DNA of 64,000 nucleotides from an uncultured Syntrophomonadaceae bacterium (GCA_964636865.1 CAZWVJ010000001.1:54687-118686); one strand, 5' to 3'; shown: positions 45,037 to 54,859, numbered from the stretch's first letter. The notes: generated from the sequence alone by a model not told the origin. Translations and numbers: made by a program.

Positions 45037-46458
45037 GTGAACCGTCATTATAAACTTGGAAGAATAGCTTTTGTTGCTGTTTTAATAGTATTATCTATAG
45101 TATTTGTTTTTGCTTCTGTTTCGGGAGAAGATGATTGGGAAGAAATAGAAGAAAAGCGGGAAGAAATAGAAGAATTGGAACAAGCTATTATAGAAATGGA
45201 ATCTTCCGTTCGAGCTCAGGAAAAACGAGTCCGGGAGTTAGAGGCAGAACTACAACAGGAAGAAGAACGTTTAGAACGAGCGGAAGAAGGGCTGGAAGAA
45301 TCTCAACAAAGGCTGGCAGATCACAGAGAGCTATTTGGGGAAAGGGTTCGTAGTATCTACATGAACGGTTCTTTTTCTTTTGTCCAGCTGTTTTTTAAAG
45401 CAGATAGCTTTGGGGATATAATATTTTGGACAGAATATTTTATCAGCATATTCCAGCAAGACTCTCAACTGGTAGAAGAATTGCGCGCAGAACGGGACCA
45501 CGTTAAAAAGGCAAAAGAAGAGATAGAAGAAGACCGCAAAAAAGTAGAGAATCTTTATGAGGAAGCAAAAGAAGAGAGAGAAAACCTGAAAGTTGCCCGT
45601 CAACAAAAAGAAGAAATGTTGTATGAAGCCCAGGATACACTTAAGAGGCGTTTAGCGCAGATATCAACGCGCGCAGAAGCTCCACCGGTATACGGAGTAG
45701 CCATAGATAACCATAGGCGTGCTAGGCCTCAGGAGGGCTTTGCGCAAGCACAACGGGTTTACGAATATGAAGTTGAAGGGGGGCTTACCCGCTATCTGGC
45801 CCTGTATGCAGAATTTCCCACGGAAGTGGGTCCGGTCCGCAGTGCCCGGCAGCACAGCATTATTTTAGCCTTGGAAAACGGTGTCCATTTCGTCCACAGT
45901 GGAAGTTCTGCTGATAATCTCCGGAGGATGAATAATTTGGGTGTTAGCTATACAGATGGCCGCTACCATAACGCTTTTTGGAGGAGCGATGATAGAAGCA
46001 GCCCTCATAACCTTTACGGCAATATTGCTGCTCTTGGCAAGGTAGCTCCTCCTGATAAATCTGACGTTAGGCCTATATATCCTAAACAAACAGGTACTAC
46101 CGCTCATAATGTTTCTTTTACCTTAAGCAGTGGAAGAAATGTAAGATATGTGTATGATTCGGAAGAAGAAATATATTGGCGTTATTTGGATGGTTCTCTC
46201 CATCGTGATGCCGGAGGAAATATCATTAGTGCTCGGAACGTTATCATCCAGTATGTGGACTATTATAGAGATGCAAGAAATAGGCCCACAGCCAATCTCA
46301 TAGGTGAAGGAAGAATTGACTTTTATTCTAACGGTCAGCATTTTCAGGGAACCTGGAAGAAGGAAAGTAAGGGTTCTCCTACACGCTACTATTATGAAAA
46401 TGGAGAAGAGATAGAAATTCCTTATGGATCTACCTGGATCCAACTTCAACGCCGATAG
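45037..46458 (+). CDS. membrane-anchored coiled-coil protein with C-terminal DUF3048 (YerB-like) domain
   Basis: TM anchor, about 190-aa heptad/charged coiled coil (EEIEELEQAIIEMESS...), then DNHRRARPQEG...VYEYEVEGGLTRYLALY matching the DUF3048 pattern from memory. GTG start after GAGGAGG. Confidence 0.6.
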   Translation: MNRHYKLGRIAFVAVLIVLSIVFVFASVSGEDDWEEIEEKREEIEELEQAIIEMESSVRAQEKRVRELEAELQQEEERLERAEEGLEESQQRLADHRELFGERVRSIYMNGSFSFVQLFFKADSFGDIIFWTEYFISIFQQDSQLVEELRAERDHVKKAKEEIEEDRKKVENLYEEAKEERENLKVARQQKEEMLYEAQDTLKRRLAQISTRAEAPPVYGVAIDNHRRARPQEGFAQAQRVYEYEVEGGLTRYLALYAEFPTEVGPVRSARQHSIILALENGVHFVHSGSSADNLRRMNNLGVSYTDGRYHNAFWRSDDRSSPHNLYGNIAALGKVAPPDKSDVRPIYPKQTGTTAHNVSFTLSSGRNVRYVYDSEEEIYWRYLDGSLHRDAGGNIISARNVIIQYVDYYRDARNRPTANLIGEGRIDFYSNGQHFQGTWKKESKGSPTRYYYENGEEIEIPYGSTWIQLQRR

Positions 46459-46652
46459 GTGAGGGTAAACTTATTTCGGAGAGTTATTAACTTTATTTGG
46501 TTTTTTGCTTTATATTGGGTGAAATAGAATTTGCTATCAATAAATATTTAACATGAAGGTATCCTGCAAGTATTAATTTTAATCTCGAAATATTCCCAAG
46601 CGATTTCTATTAATTAATATTACATCAAGTAAGGAGAGTATAGCTTAAGATA

Positions 46653-47300
46653 ATGAAAATAAATAAGTTTATTGATCACACTCTTTTAAAAGCTGAAGCA
46701 ACTGAAGAACAAATAAGACAGGCTTGTAAGGAAGCTATAGAATACAGTTTTGCCACTGTATGTGTAAACCCTTATTATATTCCTTTGGTCAGCAGCGAAC
46801 TAAAACTAAGTGATGTAGAGCCATGCTCGGTAGTAGGATTTCCATTGGGCGCCAGCGAATCTAAAGTTAAAGCAATAGAAACTGAGCTTGCTTTGGCGAA
46901 CGGGGCAAAGGAGATTGATATGGTGGTTAACCTGGGGGCATTGAAAAGTGGCAGGATGGACATAGTATCTGAAGAAATTAAAAACATAGCTGCTGTTACC
47001 GGTGATAATGCCATATTGAAAGTTATAATTGAGTGCTGTCTCCTTGAAGATGAAGAAAAAACAGCAGTATGCCGGACAGTACTTAATAATGGCGCAGATT
47101 ATGTAAAAACTTCTACCGGCTTTAATTCCGGTGGTGCTATGGTAGAGGATGTTCGCTTAATGCGGCAAGCAGTGGGTTCAAAAATGGGGATTAAGGCTGC
47201 GGGAGGCATAAAAGACTACCACACTGCAATTAAGTTTATCGAAGCAGGGGCTAACCGCATTGGGACAAGTTCTGGAGTTGCTTTGGTGAAAGAAATATAG
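46653..47300 (+). CDS. deoC: deoxyribose-phosphate aldolase
   Basis: 215 aa; DERA pattern (IDHTLLK, FATVCV, active-site Lys region). Confidence 0.85.
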   Translation: MKINKFIDHTLLKAEATEEQIRQACKEAIEYSFATVCVNPYYIPLVSSELKLSDVEPCSVVGFPLGASESKVKAIETELALANGAKEIDMVVNLGALKSGRMDIVSEEIKNIAAVTGDNAILKVIIECCLLEDEEKTAVCRTVLNNGADYVKTSTGFNSGGAMVEDVRLMRQAVGSKMGIKAAGGIKDYHTAIKFIEAGANRIGTSSGVALVKEI

Positions 47301-47365
47301 AAATTCAAAAAGTGATGATATTAATTTAATTTAAGCGACAGTTTATTTGGTAGGAGGGGAAAAAA

Positions 47366-49258
47366 TTGATTAAAATAGATAATTCCTACTTTTGTGATGA
47401 ACACGGGCGTCGTTTAACTTTAAGAGGGGTTAATTTAAGCGGAAGTTCCAAAGTTCCGGCCAGGCCTAATATAGGGACTTACTTGCGGGAAGGTTTTTTT
47501 GATCATAGAAATGTCTCTTTTGTGGGAAGGCCCTTTCCCCTGGAAGAGGCAGACGAACATTTATCACGTTTAAAATCCTGGGAGCTTGATTTTTTGCGGT
47601 TCGTTGTGACCTGGGAAGCCATAGAGCACAGCGGTCCGGGAATATATGATGAAGAATACCTTGATTATATTTACCGGGTAGTAAAAAAGGCGGCAGAGTA
47701 TGAAATTAATATGTTTATTGATCCTCATCAGGATGTGTGGAGTCGTTTTTCCGGTGGTGACGGGGCACCGGGGTGGACTTTTGAAGCAGCCGGTATGGAT
47801 ATAACCCAATTTGCGGATACGGGGGCGGCAATTGTCCATAATACACATGGAGATCCTTTTCCCAGGATGATTTGGGGAACCAACTACACTAAATTGGCCG
47901 CAGCTACTATGTTTACACTTTTTTTTGGAGGTAATGACTTTGCACCTAAAACCCGGGTAGACAAAGAACCTATCCAGGAATATTTGCAAAGACATTACAT
48001 TAATGCAGTAAAGCAATTGGCTTATCGCCTGCGAGATTTACCTAACGTAGTAGGATATGACATACTTAATGAATTGTCCAACGGTTTTATCGGTTGGCCC
48101 GATCTCAGTAAACTTAAGGCATTCAACCGTAAGGGAATGATGCCGACGCCTTTCCAGGGAATGGCCTTGGGTGAAGGATGTTCCCAAGAGGTGGAAGAAT
48201 GGGACATTGGTTTCACCGGGGTAAGAAAAAAAGGGAGCAGGTTGTTTGATCCCCGGGGAAAAAGGGCCTGGATGGATGAGTGTAATTGTATTTGGAAAGA
48301 ACACGGAGTGTGGGATGTAGATGCTTCCGGAAATCCCTGCCTGCTTCAACCTCAATATTTTAAAGAACTTAACGGCCGAGCAGTAGATTTTAACCAGGAC
48401 TATTTGAAACCTTTTATTAACAGATTTACTCGGGAAATTCGTGAAATAGTGCCCGATGCTTTTATTTTTGTAGAGCATGAAGTGATGGACGAGCCTCCGC
48501 AGTTTACGCCTGAAGAGAGTAGCAATATGGTCTACGCTCAACATTGGTATGATATAGTTACCTTAATGATGAAAAAATATTTACACTGGGTGGCTATTGA
48601 TGTAGATAAGAAAATGCCTGTTTTCGGGCCCCGGCAGATTGTCAGATCTTTTGCCCGGCAATTAGGTAATATTCATAAGCGTGGACAAAAAGCCCTGAAT
48701 GTAGCACCTACTTTAATCGGGGAAATTGGTATTGCTTATGATTTGGATAACAAAAAAGCATATCAAACAGGTAATTTTTCTGCCCAGGTTAAGGCTATGA
48801 ATCGAAGCTTACAAGCAGTGGAAATTAACAATTTGCATTGTACTATTTGGAATTATACACCGGATAATACCAATGAGCGGGGGGATCATTGGAATGATGA
48901 AGACCTTTCTATTTTTAGTCGAGATCAGCAGGCTGACCCTACTGATATAAATTCAGGAGGGCGGGCCTTGAAAGCAGTTATCAGGCCCTATGCCCGAAAA
49001 ATTGCCGGAGAACCCATATATACTCATTTTGATCCTTACCAGCGTCTTTTTATATTTATCTTTCAGCATGATTCTCAAGTTTATAAGCCTACGGAAATTT
49101 TTCTTCCTTCGTACCATTATGGCAGCGGTTGTAAAGTGGAAGTTTCTGATGGAACATATGAAATAAATCATGAAAAACAGTCCTTAATTTATCATCATAA
49201 TACCAAAAAGAAAATGCATCGCATAAAAATTGAAGCCAAAAGAAAAGCTGGCAAATAA
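47366..49258 (+). CDS. glycoside hydrolase family 5 protein (endoglycoceramidase-like)
   Basis: Acid/base NEL in YDILNELSNG and nucleophile in LIGEIGIAYD; TTG start after AGGAGGGG. Confidence 0.7.
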   Translation: MIKIDNSYFCDEHGRRLTLRGVNLSGSSKVPARPNIGTYLREGFFDHRNVSFVGRPFPLEEADEHLSRLKSWELDFLRFVVTWEAIEHSGPGIYDEEYLDYIYRVVKKAAEYEINMFIDPHQDVWSRFSGGDGAPGWTFEAAGMDITQFADTGAAIVHNTHGDPFPRMIWGTNYTKLAAATMFTLFFGGNDFAPKTRVDKEPIQEYLQRHYINAVKQLAYRLRDLPNVVGYDILNELSNGFIGWPDLSKLKAFNRKGMMPTPFQGMALGEGCSQEVEEWDIGFTGVRKKGSRLFDPRGKRAWMDECNCIWKEHGVWDVDASGNPCLLQPQYFKELNGRAVDFNQDYLKPFINRFTREIREIVPDAFIFVEHEVMDEPPQFTPEESSNMVYAQHWYDIVTLMMKKYLHWVAIDVDKKMPVFGPRQIVRSFARQLGNIHKRGQKALNVAPTLIGEIGIAYDLDNKKAYQTGNFSAQVKAMNRSLQAVEINNLHCTIWNYTPDNTNERGDHWNDEDLSIFSRDQQADPTDINSGGRALKAVIRPYARKIAGEPIYTHFDPYQRLFIFIFQHDSQVYKPTEIFLPSYHYGSGCKVEVSDGTYEINHEKQSLIYHHNTKKKMHRIKIEAKRKAGK

Positions 49259-49353
49259 AAAAGGTCTTTACCTTTTGGGGACAATAAAGGCATTATCCTG
49301 AAGAAGATTATATCCAAAAAATTTATGACTTATAAAAGGAGGTAAGACTGCAA

Positions 49354-49941
49354 ATGCCTAATTCAGAAGAAAAGCGTTATTCCATGCCCGAATTTGACTT
49401 ACAAAGGTTACATAGTTTTATGGCGGAGCATGCGTTTAAAGTGGGCAGGTTCCAGCTAAGTTCCGGTAAAACAAGCAAATATTATTTTAACAGTAAAATG
49501 GTTATACTTTCTGCTGAAGGAGCTTATCTGGTAGCCAGAGCTATGCTGGAAAAGATTAAAAACGTTGAGGTGGATGCCGTTGGTGGTGCAGCTTTAGGAG
49601 CGGTTCCCTTGGCCGGTGCTTTGGCATCTTTGTGTTTCTTAGAAGGGTTAGATCACATTTCTTTTTTTGTAGATCGTAAAGAAGCCAAGAAACATGGAGA
49701 TAAACGACGGGTGGAAGGACCTGAACTCAAGCCGGGTTCGCGCATAATAGTGGTGGAGGATGTAGTAACTACTGGTAGTTCTGCTTTGAGCACAGCTTCG
49801 TATATGCGAGAGCAGGGGCATGAGATTATTAAAGTTATTGCTATTTTAGATAGAAAAGAAGGGGCGGAAGAGGCATTTAAGGAAGAAAATTTTGTATTTG
49901 ATCCCATATTTACCATTGATGATTTCGACTTGCAAAAGTAA
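49354..49941 (+). CDS. orotate phosphoribosyltransferase-like type I PRTase
   Basis: PRPP-binding motif IIVVEDVVTTGSS; 195 aa; not adjacent to other pyr genes. Confidence 0.7.
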   Translation: MPNSEEKRYSMPEFDLQRLHSFMAEHAFKVGRFQLSSGKTSKYYFNSKMVILSAEGAYLVARAMLEKIKNVEVDAVGGAALGAVPLAGALASLCFLEGLDHISFFVDRKEAKKHGDKRRVEGPELKPGSRIIVVEDVVTTGSSALSTASYMREQGHEIIKVIAILDRKEGAEEAFKEENFVFDPIFTIDDFDLQK

Positions 49942-49998
49942 ATAAGTATTAACTATGTATTGCCTTAAAGCTGAAAATATTGATAAAGTAGCCTCATA

Positions 49999-50030
49999 AA
50001 AACTAATCGAGGATTAGTTTTATCTTATTT
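49999..50030 (+). terminator. putative terminator after the PRTase gene
   Basis: 10-bp stem AAAACTAATC/GATTAGTTTT with a 3-nt loop, then a T-rich tail. Confidence 0.5.
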
Positions 50031-50079
50031 CTCAGTTGATAGGAAAGGATGGAGTTTTATTTTTAAAGAAGAAGAATTT

Positions 50080-50511
50080 ATGCGCATGGCCTTAGAAGAA
50101 GCGGAAAAAGCTTTTGCCATGGGAGAAGTACCCATAGGGGCTGTTTTAGTTCGGAACGGAGATCTTATAGCCCGTGCACATAATCGGCGGGAAACTTGGG
50201 GAGATGCAACCGCTCATGCAGAAATTCTTGTTTTAAAGGAAGGCTGCCGGCAAGTGGGAGGGTGGAGGCTGACAGACTCCTCTTTATATGTTACACTAGA
50301 ACCGTGTCCAATGTGTGCAGGTGCATTACTGCAGGCAAGAGTAGAGAAGCTGGTATATGGAACAGACGACCCGAAAGCAGGTGCTGTGCGCAGCCTTTAT
50401 ACATTATTGGAAGATGAGCGCTTGAACCATTGTGTGGATGTAAAGGCTGGTTTGTTGAAAGATGAATGCAGCCATATATTGCAGCAGTTTTTCAAAATGC
50501 GCCGGAGATAG
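50080..50511 (+). CDS. tadA: tRNA-specific adenosine deaminase TadA
   Basis: CDA zinc motifs HAEILVL and PCPMCAGAL. Confidence 0.85.
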   Translation: MRMALEEAEKAFAMGEVPIGAVLVRNGDLIARAHNRRETWGDATAHAEILVLKEGCRQVGGWRLTDSSLYVTLEPCPMCAGALLQARVEKLVYGTDDPKAGAVRSLYTLLEDERLNHCVDVKAGLLKDECSHILQQFFKMRRR

Positions 50512-50516
50512 AACGC

Positions 50517-50605
50517 GGAGAGATGGCCGAGTGGACGAAGGCGCTCGACTCGAAATCGAGTGACGGTAATCCCGTCCGTGGGTTCGAATCCCACTCTCTC
50601 CGCCA
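50517..50605 (+). tRNA. tRNA-Ser (anticodon CGA), CCA encoded
   Basis: Acceptor GGAGAGA/TCTCTCC, anticodon stem CTCGA/TCGAG with loop CTCGAAA, long variable arm; starts 6 nt after the tadA stop. Confidence 0.85.
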
Positions 50606-50620
50606 CTAACGTGACAGTGG

Positions 50621-50762
50621 GGACGGAGCAATTTTGTCACACAGCAACTTAAAAAAAAGTGGAAAGAATAAAAGAACCGTCAAAGATATTTGCCCATAAC
50701 CCCATTTCCCTGTTATAAACAATAACTTTTTAATTAATAACGTGACAAAATTGCTCCGTCCC
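50621..50762. repeat. perfect 20-bp inverted-repeat pair (GGACGGAGCAATTTTGTCAC at 50621-50640; reverse complement at 50743-50762) enclosing 102 bp, immediately 3' of tRNA-Ser(CGA)
   Basis: Exact reverse-complement match. Both arms are preceded by the direct repeat TAACGTGACA (50607-50616 and 50737-50746). Confidence 0.75.
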
Positions 50763-50996
50763 TGATGAATGGCAAATTCCCACAGAAGTTTCCCAAATCT
50801 TTACTGCTCCACAAACCGACTAAAAGGGATTTCAAAATTCTAAATCCACAGGGGCAATAGCATCTAATCATATCATTGGTGTTGTTAAGTTCTCTTACTT
50901 CATATAATTATCAATGTATAAAAGGTATAGGAGTTTTTTTCTTAGTGTAGAATTGTAAAATAAGACCAAGGAGATAAATTAAAAGTAGATGGGAAG

Positions 50997-52100
50997 ATGG
51001 TGCTTATGCGCACAGGTACTACAAAGCTACCTTTGCATGGAGGAAAATGTCCACCCTGGCTTTTCCAAAAAATGCAGAACCTGGCGGGCTTGATAGTGGA
51101 GGCAGTACTGCTGGAATTCAGTTCCGCGGAAATGTTGAAGCGTTTATCAGATCCTTACTGGTTCCAGGGTCTGGGATGTGTTTTGGGTTTTGACTGGCAT
51201 TCTTCGGGGTTGACTACTACCACATGTGCAGCTTTGAAGGAAGGAATTAAAGGTAAGGAAAAGGAACTGGGGTTTTTCATAGCAGGAGGTAAAGGGAAAA
51301 CAGCTCTGCAGACTCCCCACGAAATAGAAATTTTGGGAACAGAGTGTGCCCTGGACAATAATTTAAAGAAGTTACAATATACCAGCCGCCTTGTAGCCAA
51401 AGTAGACAATGCGGCGATGCAGGACGGTTTTGACCTTTACCAGCACTGCTTGTTTTTTAACTCTAAGGGTGATTGGGCGGTGGTACAACAAGGAATGGAT
51501 GGAGATAATTCTTGGGCCAGGCGCTATCACTGGCTGAGGGAAGAGGTTGAAGATTTTGTATCTCGTCCTCACAGCGCTATTTGCAGTGATTATCAGCAAA
51601 GGAATATCCTCAACCTTGTCTCTCCGGAAAGTAAGGATAACAGGGAAAACAGCCTTGAACTGAGCAGGGAAACGCCGGAGAAGGTCCTGAAGGAATGGGC
51701 TTCCATAAAGAAAAATGAAACTACCTTAAATCTGCCTCGTTCTCACCCCTTACCACAAGGTAAAAAAATTTTCAATGCCTTTAAAAAAGCGTATGAGGAA
51801 CAGTCGCAAAGCTATCAACAGCTTTTAGGGATTAAAGGGATAGGCCCGCAGTCTTTAAGGGCTTTAAGTCTCATCGCCGAATTAAGCTTTGGTTCCATCC
51901 CTGATCGCAGAGATCCTGCCCGTTACAGCTTCGCTCACGGAGGTAAAGACGGACACCCTTATCCCGTTAATAAGGAAACTTTTGAGCATTCCATCCATGT
52001 GTTGCAAGAGGCGGTTAATAAATCTAAAATAGGGGAAAACGAAAAAATGCATTCCTTGAAAAGACTGGGCCAGTTCGCGCAGCAACGCTCTTCAGACTAA
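50997..52100 (+). CDS. DUF763-family protein (unknown function)
   Basis: 367 aa; N-terminus TGTTKLPLHGGKCPPWLFQKM resembles DUF763 proteins as recalled; no CxxxCxxC or other cofactor motif. Confidence 0.5.
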   Translation: MVLMRTGTTKLPLHGGKCPPWLFQKMQNLAGLIVEAVLLEFSSAEMLKRLSDPYWFQGLGCVLGFDWHSSGLTTTTCAALKEGIKGKEKELGFFIAGGKGKTALQTPHEIEILGTECALDNNLKKLQYTSRLVAKVDNAAMQDGFDLYQHCLFFNSKGDWAVVQQGMDGDNSWARRYHWLREEVEDFVSRPHSAICSDYQQRNILNLVSPESKDNRENSLELSRETPEKVLKEWASIKKNETTLNLPRSHPLPQGKKIFNAFKKAYEEQSQSYQQLLGIKGIGPQSLRALSLIAELSFGSIPDRRDPARYSFAHGGKDGHPYPVNKETFEHSIHVLQEAVNKSKIGENEKMHSLKRLGQFAQQRSSD

Positions 52101-52280
52101 CAAAATTTGCATCAAATTTTGGGACACATACAAAATTAACATAAAAATGCCTTTTCCCCATTTTCAACATAGCCTTTGTTGATCGGGGTGAAGGAGTGTG
52201 TTAGAATATGAGTGAAATTTCATACTTATCTGGCAATTATTATGATATTAGTTGCTGCATGATTGGAAAGAGGTGTCTTT

Positions 52281-54767
52281 ATGCAAGAGCATACCCAATT
52301 GCATCGGGAGCGCATACTTACGGCTCCTTATAGTATTTGTATTGAACGGGCCCGTTATTATACCCACTCTTTTCGTGCTACCGAGGGTGAGCATCCCGCC
52401 ATACGTGCTGCCAAAGCCTTTGCCCATACCCTGGATAACATGACTATTTATATATTGGATGAAGAAAAGATTGCAGGGAACAGGGCTTCTAAACCACTGG
52501 CGGTAGTTATCCCCGTGGAACGGGGCGATATTAATTCGGTACTCGAGCTTGATCTGGACTTATTAACCGGGCGTGAACATAACCCCTTCCACATAACCGA
52601 AGAAGACAAGCAGGAATTGTTTGAAGATATACTCCCTTATTGGCATGGTAAAACCCTGGCAGACCGTAAAAAAACAATGTTTAAGGAGAACGGGTTATAC
52701 TTTCCCCTGGCTATGAATCCGGTTAGCCTGTATCGGCGCAGGAAAAGCTTAGATATGCGTAAAATCTGGAACTTTTTAAAGACACAACGTAGCATCCCCC
52801 AGAAAATCGATTACGCCCTGAAAGGATCAGAAGGGTTGCTTTTTAATAACCCGGCCTTGTTAACCAATATTTTTGACACACAGGGACATTTGATCTTGGG
52901 GCACAAAAACATATTGCAGAAAGGTTTTCAAGGAATAAAAGAAGAAGCGGAAGCTGCCTTAGATGAGAGTGATAGGGAAAGATTTGCTTTCCTTAGTGCT
53001 GTTATTATTAGCTGTGAGGCAATGCGCCGTTTTGCGGAGAGATATGCTACTATGGCTGAAGAGTTATCTCAGGAAACTGCAGATGCTGACAGAAGAAAGG
53101 AGCTTAACCGGATTGCTACCTATTGTAGGCATGCACCTTATTATCCCCCTCGCACGTTCCATGAAGCCGTGCAGGCTATGTGGCTGATCCAGGTGGCAGC
53201 TCACGTATCTTACGGGACGGTGGGAATTTTTGCAACAGGGAGGATTGACCAGCACTTATATCCTTATTTTGCCGCTGATAAGGCGGAAGGGAATATTACC
53301 GATGAAGAGGCGATAGCTTCTCTGGAAGAGCTGCTTCTTAAATTAAGCTGTGGGATGTTGCTCATACCCATGGCGGGCAAAAATACCGGTAGCGAAATGG
53401 GTAGTGATATTGCTTCTCCTACCATTGGAGGCCTAAACCGCCGGGGTGAAGATGCGGTCAATGAAGTCTCTTATTTGGTTCTGAATGCATTTAATAATAT
53501 CAAATCCATGGCCAATAGTTTTACCATTCGTCTTTCGAACCAGAATCCTCCTGAATTCTGGCACAAAGCACTGGATACATACTGCCACACATCCGGTGCG
53601 GCTCTTTTCAATGATGAAATAACAGTCAAGGCTCTGCAGCAATGCGGTTACAGCCGGGAGGACGCTAACGATTACGGGGTGATTGGATGCGTGGAGCCAA
53701 CGGGTGACGGAGATACATTTGGATGTACCTCAGGCAATGACCTTTCCATTGTGGCAGCCTTGGAAATGGCCTTATTGGATGGATATTTGCGTATCATGGG
53801 GAGGCAGATAGGCCCCCGTACAGGAAATCCCCGCAATTTTAAGAGTTTTAAGGAGTTTTGGGAAGCCTTCCAAAAGCAACTTTCCTTTCTGATCCGGATG
53901 GTGGCCAAAGGGGTAAATTTGAAGGATGAAGCTTACCGCGAAGGTTTTCCCAATCCTTATGTTTCATCAACTCTTAGCGGATGTATAGAAAACGGACGGG
54001 ATATGACTGCCGGAGGGGCTAAATATAATTTTGAATCTATAGGTGGGAGGGGAATTGGAACCACAGTTGATTCCCTTGTAGCGATAAAATATTTTGTTTA
54101 TGATCGGCAAGAGATATCTATGGACCAACTTTTACTTGCTTTGGAACGTAATTTCAAAGGAGAAGAAAAAATAAGATCTATTTTAGAAAAAAAAGGACCC
54201 AAATATGGTTGTGGTAACGATTATGCCGACGATTTAGCCCGTGAAGTTACGGAATATTTCTGTCGGGAGGTTTCCAGCCAAATTAATATCCACGGTACAC
54301 CTTTCCGGCCGGGTTTCTTTTCGTATGGCATGCATGTGCTGGACGGTTTATTGTTGGGAGCAACACCAAACGGCAGGCGGGGCGGTGAACCGATTAGCAA
54401 CAGTTTCAGCCCTTCCAACGGCTCAGAACTAAATGGCCCTACAGGAGTGCTCCGTTCTGTGGCTACAATTGACCATACCCTCATTTCCAATGGTTGTGCC
54501 CTGAATCTCCGGCTCTCACCTTCCATGTTTAGGGAAGAGGAACAGGTAGATAAAAGCCGGGCCCTGGTGCAGTCTTTCTTTAATATGGGTGGTATGGAGA
54601 TACAGTTCAATGTGGTGGACAACACTACACTGCAGGAGGCCCAGCAAAACCCTGCAGCTTACCGAGATTTAGTAGTTAGGGTTTCAGGATATTCGGCCTT
54701 CTTTACTGACTTGGGTCGCCCCCTGCAAGATGAAATTATCAGCAGAACAGAGTTTACTTCCCTCTAA
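52281..54767 (+). CDS. PFL-like glycyl radical enzyme (single-Cys dehydratase/lyase subclass)
   Basis: C-terminal glycyl radical motif RVSGYSAFF; active-site GCVEP with a single Cys. About 830 aa. ATG 52281 follows GAGGTG (track start TTG 52263). Confidence 0.85.
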   Translation: MQEHTQLHRERILTAPYSICIERARYYTHSFRATEGEHPAIRAAKAFAHTLDNMTIYILDEEKIAGNRASKPLAVVIPVERGDINSVLELDLDLLTGREHNPFHITEEDKQELFEDILPYWHGKTLADRKKTMFKENGLYFPLAMNPVSLYRRRKSLDMRKIWNFLKTQRSIPQKIDYALKGSEGLLFNNPALLTNIFDTQGHLILGHKNILQKGFQGIKEEAEAALDESDRERFAFLSAVIISCEAMRRFAERYATMAEELSQETADADRRKELNRIATYCRHAPYYPPRTFHEAVQAMWLIQVAAHVSYGTVGIFATGRIDQHLYPYFAADKAEGNITDEEAIASLEELLLKLSCGMLLIPMAGKNTGSEMGSDIASPTIGGLNRRGEDAVNEVSYLVLNAFNNIKSMANSFTIRLSNQNPPEFWHKALDTYCHTSGAALFNDEITVKALQQCGYSREDANDYGVIGCVEPTGDGDTFGCTSGNDLSIVAALEMALLDGYLRIMGRQIGPRTGNPRNFKSFKEFWEAFQKQLSFLIRMVAKGVNLKDEAYREGFPNPYVSSTLSGCIENGRDMTAGGAKYNFESIGGRGIGTTVDSLVAIKYFVYDRQEISMDQLLLALERNFKGEEKIRSILEKKGPKYGCGNDYADDLAREVTEYFCREVSSQINIHGTPFRPGFFSYGMHVLDGLLLGATPNGRRGGEPISNSFSPSNGSELNGPTGVLRSVATIDHTLISNGCALNLRLSPSMFREEEQVDKSRALVQSFFNMGGMEIQFNVVDNTTLQEAQQNPAAYRDLVVRVSGYSAFFTDLGRPLQDEIISRTEFTSL

Positions 54768-54780
54768 CTTTACATATTTC

Positions 54781-54859
54781 GGCACAAATTAAAAGTTATT
54801 GGGTTTTATGTGTCCACGTTTAATAACAATAAATCAAATATAAATCAAATCGAAATATA
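54781..54859. repeat. intergenic repeat copy A: block 1 GGCACAAATTAAAAGTTATTGGGTTTTATGTGTCCACG and block 2 GTTTAATAACAATAAATCAAAT(ATAAATCAAAT)CGAAATATAG
   Basis: About 80-85% identical to copy B at 59781-59890. Block 2 carries an 11-bp tandem duplication. A degenerate third copy of block 1 lies at 54895-54935. Confidence 0.7.

Noticed and set aside
45135-45353. 72-aa Arg/Gly-rich ORF inside the coiled-coil gene
   Set aside because: An alternative frame of the GAA/GAG-rich coiled-coil coding region, entirely nested in a better-supported gene
52252-52443. 63-aa ORF overlapping the glycyl radical enzyme start
   Set aside because: An out-of-frame overlap with the N-terminus of the glycyl radical enzyme, which is strongly supported by motifs throughout its length
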